From NCBI GenBank assembly GCA_051362555.1, contig CM120649.1:15202067-15266066 (forward strand): DNA of 64,000 bases, given 5' to 3'. The notes beneath the pieces were generated by a model. The model was given only the letters and a program-made list of their open reading frames with translations, was not told the DNA's origin and made no database searches. The translations under genes were made by a program, and so were the position numbers. Origin of the DNA: Lingula anatina. Its lineage: Eukaryota > Animalia > Brachiopoda. Shown here one piece after another: positions 50,608 to 61,474 of the stretch (positions are counted from its first letter, which is position 1; each line of letters opens with the position of its first letter).

Positions 50608-52549
50608 TTATAACACTTTGCATCTCTTTCCTTGTGGTTTTGCTGGCTGCGGTGCTATGACAGATCTAACACCTTCATCGAATACCTGAAACATAGAAAA
50701 ATGTCTCTGTAAAAATTTTGCCTATTGTTTAAAAACATCACCACATAAATTTTTTCTAAGCAGAGGCAGAACCATAGATTCAGCCACAACAATTATTTCA
50801 ATGACTTTGTATCATCCTTAACCTTGACTTCATTTTTCAAATAAAAAAAAAAACAACTTTCATTTAAATTTCAATTTTTTAAGCTTAACATAATTTAATT
50901 TAAAAAGGATTAAGAAAAACCACAAATCAACCAAAAATCACAGACTATCTTTTTAATCGAAGTTTTTGGTGATGATGACCCATAGGCATTTAGATCAGAG
51001 ATCTTTTTCAGTGGTAACAGTGAAATGTAGATTTGTCATAAAATTTTGTTTCAAATTAAGTGATTCTCATCACAAAAATGTTACTATTTAAGAAAAAGAA
51101 AAAGAAAAAAAAAGAGGGACACTCACCTGTTTGAGTCCTCTCTGAGTCAGGGCAGAACACTCCATGTATTTAATAGCTCTGATCTTGGAAGCCAGCTTAA
51201 TACCGTGCTCTCTTTTAATAGGGGATAGACCCAGTGATGACAGCTGCCCCAGAGTCTCCTTGTCTTCCCTCAGATCTATCTTTGTACCTGGTTGGGGGGG
51301 AAAAGACACAATGTATATAACTGTGGACATCCTGATTACCACAATGCAGATTGTGATGCCTAGCTTCTCTACCACAATGGGATATCTGAACTTTATTATC
51401 ACAATGGAGTACTAGCTGTTTTCACTACTGCGAAGGATCAATGCATAAATGTGAAATGTGTTTCTAGTATCTCAATATGTAACCTGATAATTGTCACCAC
51501 TAACATTTACGTGATTTGTGCTGTATATTAGCTATCATGATGTGAAATGTAATATCAGTTTTCCATATTAAAATGTGACATTTGTTTCCACTATGGTAAA
51601 CCCCCATTAGGACTCTCAGATATAATTTGCATAGGCCTAAACCATGACCAAATAAATATTCTGGAACCTTTCAGAAGACTGATTCAAGATGGACCAAGCT
51701 CTTGATCTTAAAAGTCTTGCTGAAACCAACAGTAAAGAACATCAATTGAAAAGACGATATTTCAATTGACTAACATGTTAAGTTTTTTCTTTTCAGTAGA
51801 ACCAAATCTAGATGGACAATTTGGAAACTCAGAAAAATGAACTTGGCTTACCAACTAGTATGATGGGAGTATCTGGGCAGTGATGGCGGATCTCTGGGTG
51901 CCATTTTGTGACGACATTGTCGTAGGATGAAGGCGATACTACACTGAAGCACAGCAGGAAGACATCAGTCTGAAAAATAAATAAATAAATCCATTAATCA
52001 TGCTGGCATATGGATTTTTCTGTGAGGAAGCAAAATGTAATTTCAATATGATAGTTTTAGCTGTTCTATTTCTGTTAAACAAGGTCAACATGCTGCCTAT
52101 TGACAGGCCATTGATCTTGTTTACAAGTAATCTGCATTTCCAATAGTATGCGGTATACTCTTCTGTTCATAACTGTCAAAACAGCCCTAGAATAATAATG
52201 TCTTGTCCGTAATTGTTAAACAAGGGCACTATGCTGTCTCTTGACCAACTGCTGGTCTTATTTGCAGTCACAGATGATACAATATTTACCAAACCTCTCA
52301 CAGCAGTGACTATACCTGTGGATATGAGAGTGGCCGCAGCCTATCGTAGTCTTCCTGTCCCGCCGTATCCCATAATCCCAGGTTGACTGCAATGCCATCT
52401 ACCATCATAGAAGCCGTGTAGTTGTCAAACCTGATGTAAAAAATGAATAAGTAATAATTTTTTGTCACTAGTATGTTTAACAAGTGTAATGAATTAACAA
52501 TAGTTAAAATCATCTTGTTGGCATGTACACATGTAGCTGAGCGCGCGCG

Positions 52550-52598
<49 letters not shown>

Positions 52599-53503
52599 GA
52601 GAAGATATATATATATATATACTTCACTTCTTTGCATACAGACAAAAATAAAAGGTTAACCTGATTATTCTTAACTTAGCCCTAGCCCCCCCCCCCCCCC
52701 CAAAAAAAAAGTTTAAATCCTTATTTGTCAGTGTAGACTGATGTATCAACAAGAACAAGAGCACAGGGTTTCCATATACCTGCTGTTCCATAAATCAGGT
52801 ATACTGCACCGCACAGGTGTGCTAAGTGCTTTAGAATGTAGTTAATCTCGTCAGGTGTTTCAAGTCCAATTCCAACCCTGATCAACTTAAACTGGAAATA
52901 GTCCAACTACTTAGTAATGTCAAAAGCTATGATAAAGAGCTTTTTATACATACTACATGGTACTCATTTCACAATTTTTTATAATTCTGTGATTTTCACA
53001 TAAAAAACCCTCTTCCCATTTATTAAATTCTAAAACATCTTTTCAATTTTTTTTTTTTATTTTATTGTAAACCCTTGTGCTGTCTTCCAACAAAACTGCT
53101 ACCCAGTGATGTCACAAAGTTATTTATCAGTTTAAGTTAGTCCCAATGTGAACACACCACCACAATATATTATCAGCATTTGAAATTATGTAATATGCTC
53201 AAAATTATGTTCTACATGATAGTGGCCATGAAAAAACATCTGTAGTATTATGAAACCTCCTGGAAAGCTTACTATGTCTATAGATATAATATACACTGGC
53301 TGTCAAGGCAGAAGGGTTATCTATGTTTCTTATACTAGTACACTCATACTCAAAAGTGTGTAAATACAAGCCTGGCGCCTGCGCGCAATAAACACTGTAA
53401 TATAAACTTTCACAGCAAAAAGGTTATATATCTTCCTGTGCATACACACAAACACAAAAAATCACATGCTCTTGGTCTTTCTCCACACACACACACAAAT
53501 GGG

Positions 53504-53546
<43 letters not shown>

Positions 53547-54690
53547 TCAAAGCAGTCCATGGCCAGTCTCTTGTCAAACCCCAAGAAATTATCAATATTA
53601 ATTTTCCAGCTGATGCCCATATATCTGATATGCAGTAATATTTGTAACAATCAATAATAAGGCCACAGAAACAGATGAAGGAACACTGCTCTTCTAAGCC
53701 TTCATATGTTTCACAAATGTTATATACTGATTTTACACGGGATCCTGAACTAAACTGTATTGCCAATATTCAAAAACAAATTTTGTATTTTTTAACATAA
53801 TTATGCATATTGTGCGATCAATAAAAAACCCTCACCTACACCTGAATTTTTATCTTTCAAAAGCCTATGTTCATTAATCAAACTTAAGTGTTACAGACAA
53901 GAGCTAATTTGAGCCAAGGTGCTTCTGTGGTGAAGTTACATCTAAAGTTTCAGCTTCACTTATTGTCAAGCATTATAACTGCTACCAATTTTGCTGTCCC
54001 TCTTTTTTTCAAAAATATCTTTTTGGCTTCCAATCAGAAAGTAAAATAGTTTTTATTTTCAACCTGTATTCTATTATTATCATCAGTAGAGTACAGGTTT
54101 ATAGGTTTCAATAAGCATGGGCAATTCTACACAAAAGAGCTAGCAAAGACTTTCATTATCTTTTAAGACCTGATCTGGGCAATACCATAAAACCTGGAAA
54201 AACACATCTGTGTTTTAGATTTCAAAGAGGAAGTTTTATGAGCGTGTAGTCAGATGTGCCAGCAAGACCTTTCCTCCAGAAAAACCAGACTCAAAAATAA
54301 AACCATTACCTTTTATAAACAGGCCTTTAGTGTTAGCAAAATAAAGTTTCAACTTTTTTTATATTCTCCACAGCCAACATTCTCAGGTTGCTTTCAATCT
54401 CTTACAAGATCTTCACTGATCAAACTTAGAACCTAGGTAAATTACGTTATACAGGAGGACTGAAAAACTGACTTTTTACCCTCCGAGTTGACCTAACTAG
54501 AGAAATGGCTTAAAACCTAGAACAAATTTTGGTGAAGAGAGAACCTTTGTGAAAAAAAAAGACAGTCACTTTATTTTGCTTAAAATATGGACACTGCATG
54601 GATGAGTCTATGCCAGATTTGCAGCTTTTTCTACATGAACAGGCTTGTGTGGTACATTGGTAAGAGAGAGCCCAGACATGTGTATACCTT

Positions 54691-54735
<45 letters not shown>

Positions 54736-54781
54736 AATTGTAGTGTGTGTGAATGTGTGTGTGTGTGAGAGAGAGAAATTG

Positions 54782-54833
<52 letters not shown>

Positions 54834-54844
54834 CAGAAACTGTA

Positions 54845-54877
<33 letters not shown>

Positions 54878-54881
54878 ATTG

Positions 54882-54933
<52 letters not shown>

Positions 54934-57900
54934 AATTGTAGTGTGTGTGTGCGTGTGTGTGTGAAATAGATTCTTAGGATATGTATTTAAGATATTCTTA
55001 GGAAGTGTGTTTGTGTGCGTTTATGTTTGTTTGTCTGAGAAAAAGAAAGAGAGTCTGAATGTGTGTCTCTTTTGAGGACAAGTTTTACAAAACCACAGTA
55101 ATAATCAGAGTTATGACTCTGCAACAGACAGAGATAAAGGAAAAGTGTTTTCCAAGCACTACTAGAGCCATCACCCAGGCTAATACACAAATATTTGTAC
55201 AGCACTTAAACACACCAGATCTCAACCACAAGCCCAGGATGCTGCTATAAACAACACCATTGAATGAACTGCTTCTGACTCACACCATTTAATATGCTGT
55301 AATTTTACATCATATCAGATATATATCCAAGAAAGAAAGAAAGTTTCACTTTCAAAGAGAAAGTTGTGGGTGGGTGGGGGTGGGGGATTTTAAATTACAA
55401 GAGATTTTATTTTTATTTTGTAGGTGAGGGTTTTTTATTAGGCTTGTTTATCCGATCGAACCAAGATCACTGATACTCATGTATCCACCAAAATGGTGAA
55501 GTTGAAAAAAAAAATTGAAATATTTGCTCAATCAATTTGCTTGCATTTTTATGAGTAATAACTATGTCCCAGATATCAAAAAGATTCTAAACAGGGCATA
55601 CTTTGACTAGTAAGTATCAATACAGACTAAGTGGAATAGATTTAAGGGTCAATTTATTGGGATGCAATGATGACTGGTCTATTACCACATAATAAAACAT
55701 TTCATCCCTGTATCATGGATGTAGAGCAATCTCAGCTGTCCTATATTGATCCAATACCAGAGAAAGGAAACAGGGTGTTCATAAATTTCAGTGATTAATG
55801 CCTGGTTCAACAGCTTGCAAATTTTCCAATTTCGGGTCAATTTATCAAGAGGTGATGAGGCGCTTTATCACAATTCATAACGGATATGATTTTTTCTATT
55901 CATCTGTAGAGCATATGTAGAGCAATTTGAAACAATATATTATAAGGAAAGAGAAGGATTTCTAATAATTTTTGTATAGTTCAATATGCAGAGCAATATA
56001 TAACAGTATGGGAAAGGAGAGGGGGGTTAATCTGAAACAATATACACTACTAGTTATATTAATTATACACCCCACGTTTCTAAACCTGAATAGACCTTCT
56101 TCTATACAAGCATACTCACTCGCCCTTCTCATTTAAGCAATGTTAAAAATTCAATTTTCAGGGTGTTATATATTTACACAAAAAGCTACAGACTATAGTA
56201 ACTGCATCAAGTAATCATTTTAATGCTGTTGATCCAGTTTGTTGGTGGTATTGGTGGTGGGGTGGTAAAGATTTTCTTATCAATCTTAATGTATTTTCCT
56301 CTCCACCTCGCGTCAACACCACCTGAGCAAAGATAATGTTAGCCTAAGAGTGCATTCCCAGAGATTTAGATTGATCCATCCGGATTGACCTAACTCCCTA
56401 GGGGTTCACGCTAAATTGCAGTCAGCCGAGCGCGCACGGTAGTTAATTACCCCCTTTCAGCTTTTAGTAGGCGGGACAGACACTTAAGCCGGCTAAGCTA
56501 ACAGTAATCTAGTGAGATTCCCCACAGAGATAGATGGATCTAAAATCTGTGGGAATGGGGTCTAAGAACACTCAGCGGTGAGTGATGTGCTTGTAAGAAT
56601 CAAATCAGAATATACATACTGTAAAAGGGTTGATTATTTTTTTTATAAGAAATTCCATTAACTTTTTTTTCTTTTTTTTTCTGGTTTCATTCTGTTCATT
56701 AGCTTTAGGGAATGTGAAAAACCTAGGTAGAGTTAGCTTCAATTTAGTCAGACTAAAGTGGAAAATCATAACTGAAAGGAAAGAGGAGAAAAGATCTTAT
56801 TTTATTAAATAACAGTTTAGGCAATTTAAAAAATCACTTAATCCCTCCTGTGATAAAAAATTTAGAACTATCTACCTCTAATCTATACCTATATTCTTCA
56901 AAATACAAAATTAGTACTACAGTAACAGTAACAGTAATACGCAGATCAATTCAGTTGTTTTTCTAAGCTGCCACTAGAGAGTGGAAATGGTTTTTCATCT
57001 TCCGGGCAAAGCTTTTAGGGCTGCATTAAATTTTCATCCAGTCTGATTAAATTGACTGTGGGGAAGTCTTCCTGTCCTCGGATAAGGTCCTGTACGTAAG
57101 GAGCAGAATACTAAAGCCATACACTCCGTATCAGTACACAGGTCCTAGGAGCACATTCGGAACTGCAGACTAACCAGATCCGCTGATCAAATATGGCGAC
57201 CCACTCTAATAAAAAGCCTGACGCTCAATTTCCGATTAAACACTGAATAGATTCCCTGCAGAAATCACACAACAAGTATTCAAGTGGGTCGGCCATATTT
57301 GATCCGCATATCTGTAAGTCTGCTCTCCTGAATGTGCTCTTACATGTAATTACGCTACTCCCTTTCACAATTAAGTAATCTGCAAGTTCGCTTCCTGGTG
57401 TATAGCTAAGGTACTAGAAAATAATTGGTTGTGTCATTTTGTTGACTCTCAAACTTAATAACCAGGCTAGTTAAGTTGTCAAACTGTTATATAGGAAACC
57501 AGTACAGGATGTATGGCCCCAGTATCCTGCCAGAAGATGGATGTGAAAAGGGACTCACACTGGGCTATGTTAATACACATGCAGATTGTGGAGACAATGG
57601 CTGCATTCAGAGCAGACTAAGACCCCATTCCCAGAGATTAGATCGGTCCAAACTAGATCGACCTAACTCCCTGGGGGTTCACGCTAAATAGCTGTCAGCC
57701 GAGCGGGCACGAAAGTTAATTACCCCCTTACATCTTATAGTACGCGGGACGGACATTTAAGCCGGATTATCTGACAGTAATCTAGTGAGACTCCCCACAG
57801 GGATAGATGGATCTAAAATCTATGGGAATACGCCCTAAGTGTTTCGTCGACTTAATATGGCCAACCTAACTTAAAAGCAAGTTGTCTAATCCCCTAATGG

Positions 57901-58067
57901 TCTCCCCACCTCCACACGCACCATTAAATGTATTAAATTTCTGCTCCGGGTTTAATTGCTAGGCTGCAGGGAAGGCGTGTGTAGAGGGAGGAGGGAGAGA
58001 CCATCAGGGGATATGTCAGCATTGGTTTTAAGTGGGTCTGCCATATATTATCTGCGGGTCTCTCCAT

Positions 58068-58119
<52 letters not shown>

Positions 58120-58399
58120 CTCATATACACAAATTTACACACACATCATCTGTATTATCAACTTGTTTTCAATTACAATGTTATGTATCCAAAATAATGT
58201 TATAATTAAATCTTGAAACAATACAGCTTTTAAACAGTGAACCAGAGGTAAAGAAGAAGGAAAGAGAGTATCATGATACTTACACTGTGGGCACATACTC
58301 CCCAGGAAAACTATCTGTGGTATATGATATCAACATACAAGTCTTGCCCACTGTTCCATCCCCAACAACCACACATTTTATGGGCCGAGCTTGCGCCAT
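50608..58399 (-). CDS. Mtl: Rho-family small GTPase, Mtl / MIG-2 / RhoG subgroup of Rac-like proteins (195 aa)
   Basis: join complement(58284..58399, 52316..52430, 51852..51969, 51127..51287, 50608..50685) = 588 bp. [43 protein letters not shown]...[20 protein letters not shown]...GTKIDLRED...[14 protein letters not shown]...KRCKVL (CAAX). [17 protein letters not shown] is the Mtl/MIG-2 form rather than Rac1 GDGAVGKTCLL. An acceptor at 58429-30 implies a further 5' UTR exon. Confidence 0.95.
54694..54963. repeat. Higher-order compound microsatellite [(TG)n(AG)n-AATTGTAG]
   Basis: Five recurrences of an AAA(T/C)TGTAG linker separate (TG)n(AG)n blocks of variable length. Confidence 0.9.
56348..56562. 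mobile_element. Harbinger-type MITE, family copy 2
   Basis: TAA duplication (56345-47, 56563-65); body aligns to 57621-57835. Confidence 0.88.
57149..57339. mobile_element. MITE with ~58-bp imperfect inverted arms
   Basis: GAGCACATTC...GCAGACT...GATCAAATATGGCGACCCACT pairs with AGTGGGTCGGCCATATTTGATC...AGTCTGC...GAATGTGCTC. Confidence 0.75.
57621..57835. mobile_element. Harbinger-type MITE, family copy 3
   Basis: TAA duplication (57618-20, 57836-38); TIRs GACCCCATTCCCAGAGATT and AATCTATGGGAATACGCCC. Confidence 0.88.
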
Positions 58400-60643
58400 C
58401 GTGTAGTGGGGGTCTTACATTCAACTATCTGAAATTTAAAAAAACAATCATAATAGAAACTGACAGGAGCAACCAGTCCATAGTTCAGTGTTACAGTACA
58501 ATTGAATTTTAGCCAGGATGTTTACAATTACTCCATAGATCTGTTTCTTACCTCTCTAATTTGGTAAAATATTTGTCACGAGATGCACATGACTTTACAT
58601 GTATATCAAACTGAGTTAAATTTCTAAAACAACACTAACAGTGATCCAATAACCTTGACAAATGTATTACTACTAATTTACTAGTATAAGATCACAAAAA
58701 GAAAGAACATTTAAATTACTGCTTTTCTCACAACAGCTTCATGAAGTTAGATTTTCCATTCATATATTTTATTCAATTTCAGTTACAGTAACCAGGCTGT
58801 CAGAACAAAGAAAATCCCCCAAAAGACAAAATGCAACCTCACAGTTTTATGTGAACGACCAATGAACGTTATTAAAACAAATGGCGCAGTTCATTTCATT
58901 TGTTATGCATTCATCAGCTAATTACCTACTCCCTCTGGTTCTTCTATTATCATGCAAGAAACTTTTAATTAGATCACAGAATATTAAATAGCATTCAGTT
59001 CCATCCACTCCACTGAGACTTGGTGACTTATGAATTATTAGAACATTTAGACAAGGGTAAATGGATCAGCTAAGAGCATACCAGGTTCGTTGCAGATAAT
59101 TTAAAGCAATACAAGGGCACAGTGTGACTTACTGGAAGAGATTCTTTTTCATAATACTTCTGCCACTTACTAATTTCTCAACTTCAATAAGGTTATAGAT
59201 TATCAAATAACATGCACTTCCGCATACTCCAACACAAGGCTTACTTGCGAATTTATTAGCACATTTACAAGTAGCCAACTGGATCAGGCAAAGTGCATAC
59301 CAGGTTCACATATGTTCCTACTTGTACAACATAGAACAAAATCTGAGCCACTTTTCCCTAAAGTAAACCTGCCTTATAATGACCCAAATAAAGTTATAAA
59401 TCTTGCTGTTCTTGAACAACAACACTGGAGACAACACAATGTACAGAACTTTTCCCTGAAGCAACAAAATGAAATTTATAATGACACATCATAAAAAAGA
59501 TGGTCTCATATTGATCAAATCTGCTTTGATCTTTTTGAAAATAATAAGGCACTAAGCTTCCCACTGCCAGGGTTAATGATGTCATTTCTATGCATATTTA
59601 TGGCTGCAAAATGTAGAAACATACAAAGAAAATATGATTCATTCAGAGACCCAATGTCGAGATGGACATTAAACACATAATTCATAATATAAGGTATAGT
59701 TTGACTTGTATTGCCTCCCTTCATATCCCAAACCACAGCACAGTTAAGAAAGTGCACAATGTACTGCAACCCCCTCCCCCACTTCTCCCCTGCCATATCA
59801 TCTGATGACGTACAGTAGTGCCTCAGTAGCCATCTCTCTCTCTCTCTCCCCTCGTACCCCACAATTAACCGCCACAACTCTGGAATTACAATGGAAATTC
59901 ATGGCAGGGGATTGTACTCACCAATATTTTCTGAAGCTATAGCCAAAACCATTTAGTTCTGTCCTTTTTTTCAGGGAATTGGCACTTTCTTTTGGATGAA
60001 TGAGTTAATTTTAGGATAATGAGATGTGACATTAAAAAACCCTCACTATGACACATGTAAGTCCTCATACTGGTCTCCTGAGTCCGATGTGGTCCTTTAC
60101 TAACACAAAGAGTGTCCTCACATCTATTTGATTTGACAAAGACATGACAAGTACACCAACCAGGTCCTCCTCGCCAATCCCTACATAACGAGTATCCATA
60201 TATTTATATCTCTATAGAAATAGGTAATATAAATACAGGTTACAATTCATGTACAATAGGTATGACTGGTCATCATGCACTCAGGTCCTCTCTCTAAAGG
60301 TATGAATCATAATCTTCTTAGCTCAGGTAGCAAGACCTTAGCCAGGCAAACTTACAAAAGTCTTTGAGGTTCCTATTTCGATTTTGGACTGTCATTTCTT
60401 AATTTTTTATTTTTTTTACTATTATTGTTGGAGCAAATAAACTTATTCTCAGAAAGAAAATGAATTTGGACTCCCTGGTTAAACCCCTGTCTGTCAATAA
60501 TAATAATGCTTAAATCCATTATTTCCTGTCTGCATCAATATGAAATCTAATACTGAATACATATGATGATGGTCAAAACCACAGTTTTAGGTACATCTCT
60601 CTGCTATTTCTGTGTGTACTTTAAAAGGATGACAACGCTTTAT

Positions 60644-60683
<40 letters not shown>

Positions 60684-60836
60684 GAGTGGCATAAAACAGA
60701 TTTTAAACTAAAATTTTCCCATATGGTTAATGAAACCGTTCTGACATTCACAGTTAGCCATTTTTTTTTAATGTGGTTTTTGTAACAATCTCTTAAGTAG
60801 GAGGTTTTTACATAGGGTATCCATGTAAGAAGGTCG

Positions 60837-61474
60837 GGGACAGCGCGCTGTGCCGAAGGTTCGCTGTGCCGAGGGTTCACTGTGCCGACAAAACCGGAAA
60901 ATTGGTCTAAAATCGGCTAAGTTTTTCCGGAGCCCCAAAATCAAATGTTCGCTATGCCGATGGTTCGCTGTGCCGAAAGGGTCGCTGCGCCGAGGGTTCG
61001 CTGCGCCGAAAAAGTCGGCCACCCATCACCCATTGTGCTTGTTATGTAACGTGGCGAGCAGTGGCCTTTTTAGAAAATAAACGAGTTTTAAAAGTTCTCT
61101 TCTTCCATCCGTACCATTTGGATTTGTTAAAACTGCGCATTGAAGGTTTATCCTTATGGACATAAACATCTTAAATCGCTTTAAATAATCAGTTCTGTAA
61201 GTTAATTTATTAATTATTTTTGGCACTATGGGCGTCACCCACATTTAGGAAATTACTGACAAGAAAACATTCTCTAATTATTTTTGGCGAACTTGTTGTA
61301 GTTATTGGGTGTGTGTAAAATTAACATCTTTTTAAAAACAATCGGCATAGCGAACCCTCGGTATAGCGAACCTTCGGCTCAGCGAACCCTCGGCATAACG
61401 AACCTTCGGCATAGCGAACCCTCGGCACAGCGAACCTTCGGCATAGCGAACCTTCGGCATAGCGAAGCGCACCC
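60837..61474. mobile_element. Non-autonomous foldback / Mutator(MULE)-like element with tandem 16-bp subterminal repeats
   Basis: About 7 copies of GGTTCGCTGTGCCGA(A/G) on the left face 8 inverted copies TCGGCA(T/C)AGCGAACC(C/T) on the right. Termini are GGG...CCC. AGAAGGTC is duplicated at 60828-35 and 61475-82 (9 bp with one mismatch). Confidence 0.85.

Noticed and set aside
50608-58399. Annotation as Rac1 or Cdc42
   Set aside because: [34 protein letters not shown] and the 195-aa length fit the Mtl/MIG-2 subgroup better.
60837-61474. Regular 16-bp repeats resembling a CRISPR array
   Set aside because: There are no unique spacers, the two arrays are inverted relative to each other and bounded by a TSD, and the context is eukaryotic with no cas genes.
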